Assembly: GCA_023231475.1 (NCBI GenBank)
Contig: JALJEE010003080.1
Location: 1 to 49,089, forward strand
Reading direction: 5' to 3'
DNA length: 49,089 nucleotides
Source: Seison nebaliae
Taxonomy: Eukaryota
Shown: piece after piece, positions 47,241-49,089 of the stretch
Numbering within the stretch: position 1 is the stretch's first letter
How the letters are laid out: every line of letters starts with the position of its first letter
Made by a program: the position numbers and the translations under genes
Notes under the pieces: generated by a model
Told to the model about the DNA's origin: nothing
The model's input: only the letters and a program-made list of their open reading frames with translations
Database searches by the model: none

Positions 47241-49089
47241 TTTCTTCTAGAAAAACTTTTTGAAATTCTGTTAAATTATAAAAAAATATTCTCATTAGTC
47301 AACGTCCTTCATAAGTGAATGGGCGAAATATTGGACAATTTCTGTACGATTCTTTCGAAAATTATATCATTCGAGAACAGCAAAGATTTAAGAGGATATA
47401 TTAAAATAAAATAATTAAGTGTTTGTTGAAAAAGCATGGCAAGAAATAATGTTCATTTTGAACAAATTTTCTTTTCATTTCTATCAAAAATATTCAATAG
47501 ACTTTTTTTAATTTAAATTTTAAGCTTAACAATTGTCTTTGGTTATGAATGAATCGTCCAATTTAAATAATAAAATTACATTATTAATTTAAATTGTATT
47601 TTTTGAAAAAAAAATCAAAAATGACAATTGCGTGATTACAGATAAGTTTCGTGTTTGTTAACATCCTAAAAAGTAGTTATTGTTTATTCTCCGAGGACTA
47701 CAGGTCAAAAGATTGCTTGTTTTATCTCAATATTTCAATGACATTATCGAATGGAGAAGAGTTCTAATTTTTTTAATTTATCCTCCGAAAAAAGACAATT
47801 CTATTTCTTTTTTAAATACAATGGACACTTTTACTTTGCTTGGAAGAATTAAAGACGCTTCTCCTCACTTTATCTCTATTATGGGACATTTACAATTGGA
47901 ACAGTGTTATAAAATACAAATTTTCTGTTCCTTTTAAAAACTTTCGTTCGGATAGAGCTCAAAATTCTCAAGTTTAAAATTTCATGTTCTAGTTCAATAT
48001 TTCAGAGATTATAATTTTAAGGTACAACATAACTGTAAACGAACCAATAATAATAACTTGGTTGAAGGAATAACAACTGAAGTACATAATTTGACTATAA
48101 CTTTCGAAATTTTTTTAATCTAAAATGATTACGAAATAATTCAATACAATTTGTTCTAAAACCATGAAGAAAAATGTCAAAGGAGAAGAAAGCAATCGAA
48201 AATAATTATAGAAGATGAACTAATAACTGATTGTTTTCCAATAAGATCAATGAAATTTTTTTTTGAATTCAGAATTATTTTCTAATAAGATAACAAAACA
48301 ATAATAAATTCAATTTATTATTTTTAAAATAATAATTGATTAATCCACCAAGGTTAATCATTCATATCGTTTATTTAAAATGAAGGTTCCTTCATGTTAT
48401 ACTCTGAACAATAATTTAATTTTAAAATAAGGTTCCTTCATAACAACCTAGAATAGAACTTTTAATTTGTTAGAATTTGTAGGAAACGACGTTGGAATGT
48501 AGAAAAAGGCAATAGGAATGTCCATAATTCTTCAAAAATGAGTAGTTTAATCTTCAGAAATATATAAACCAAAAAGTGTAGAAATGTCCATCAACCAGAC
48601 TTCTCAATACTAATCTAATGGTCAATAATACATATTATGTAGTTCAAAATATTTATTATAAATTGTTGACGAAATACTACGAAATAAGTTGGTTAATATC
48701 ATATTTTATCGATATATTTATTGTTTATTTAAAATCGATAATCATTTATTTCCTGCAGTTCTCAGCTATGCTGATGATATCGTTATCTGTTGTAATAATG
48801 GAAGACCATACTGTTACGGGAAATCGTATGTAATGAAAGTAAATCAAAAGCTTTGACTAACGTTCCAAACTTTCCAGATCGATATGACCTCCAAAAATTA
48901 GTGACAAAAGAAACGTGTTTCTTAGGTTGTCTGATCGACTTCAAAAATAAAAGTTCAACTTTAGTTGATAGAATACGATGCAAATTTTTAAGATCTTTCT
49001 ATGCGTTTTTCCATAAATGTAAATACTTCTCCATTAAACTAAAACTGAGATTATTCGTGACGTATTGTTGTGACTTCTATGGTCTTGCT

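Noticed and set aside
47600..49089. Short ORFs and possible decayed repeat sequence
   Set aside because: No motifs or consistent splice structure found.

Overview
AT-rich, very compact animal genomic DNA; taxon not determinable from sequence alone (style is reminiscent of reduced syndermatan/parasite genomes, unverified). By manual splicing I reconstruct 11 single-copy genes, mostly on the minus strand: class II PI3K, Cep192/SPD-2-like, SLC5 Na+/solute symporter, divergent PRD-class homeobox, two uncharacterised type I membrane proteins, a Nav2-type (DEEA) voltage-gated channel, a Thr-rich mucin-like membrane protein, VTA1, a GT92-like glycosyltransferase, RPF1, plus RPL8. Two things stand out. 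(1) An ~8 kb tandem array (35.4-43.3 kb) of five intronless paralogues (3 intact, 2 internally deleted) with recognisable but very divergent USP (peptidase C19) Cys/His boxes, mosaic sequences, a MITE and a GC-rich structured island. (2) An unusual splice code: 38 of 42 inferred short (39-97 nt) introns start GTT, none has the standard metazoan GTRAG donor, and several acceptors lack a pyrimidine tract. Operon-like gene spacing is also seen. No rRNA, tRNA or CRISPR array recognised.
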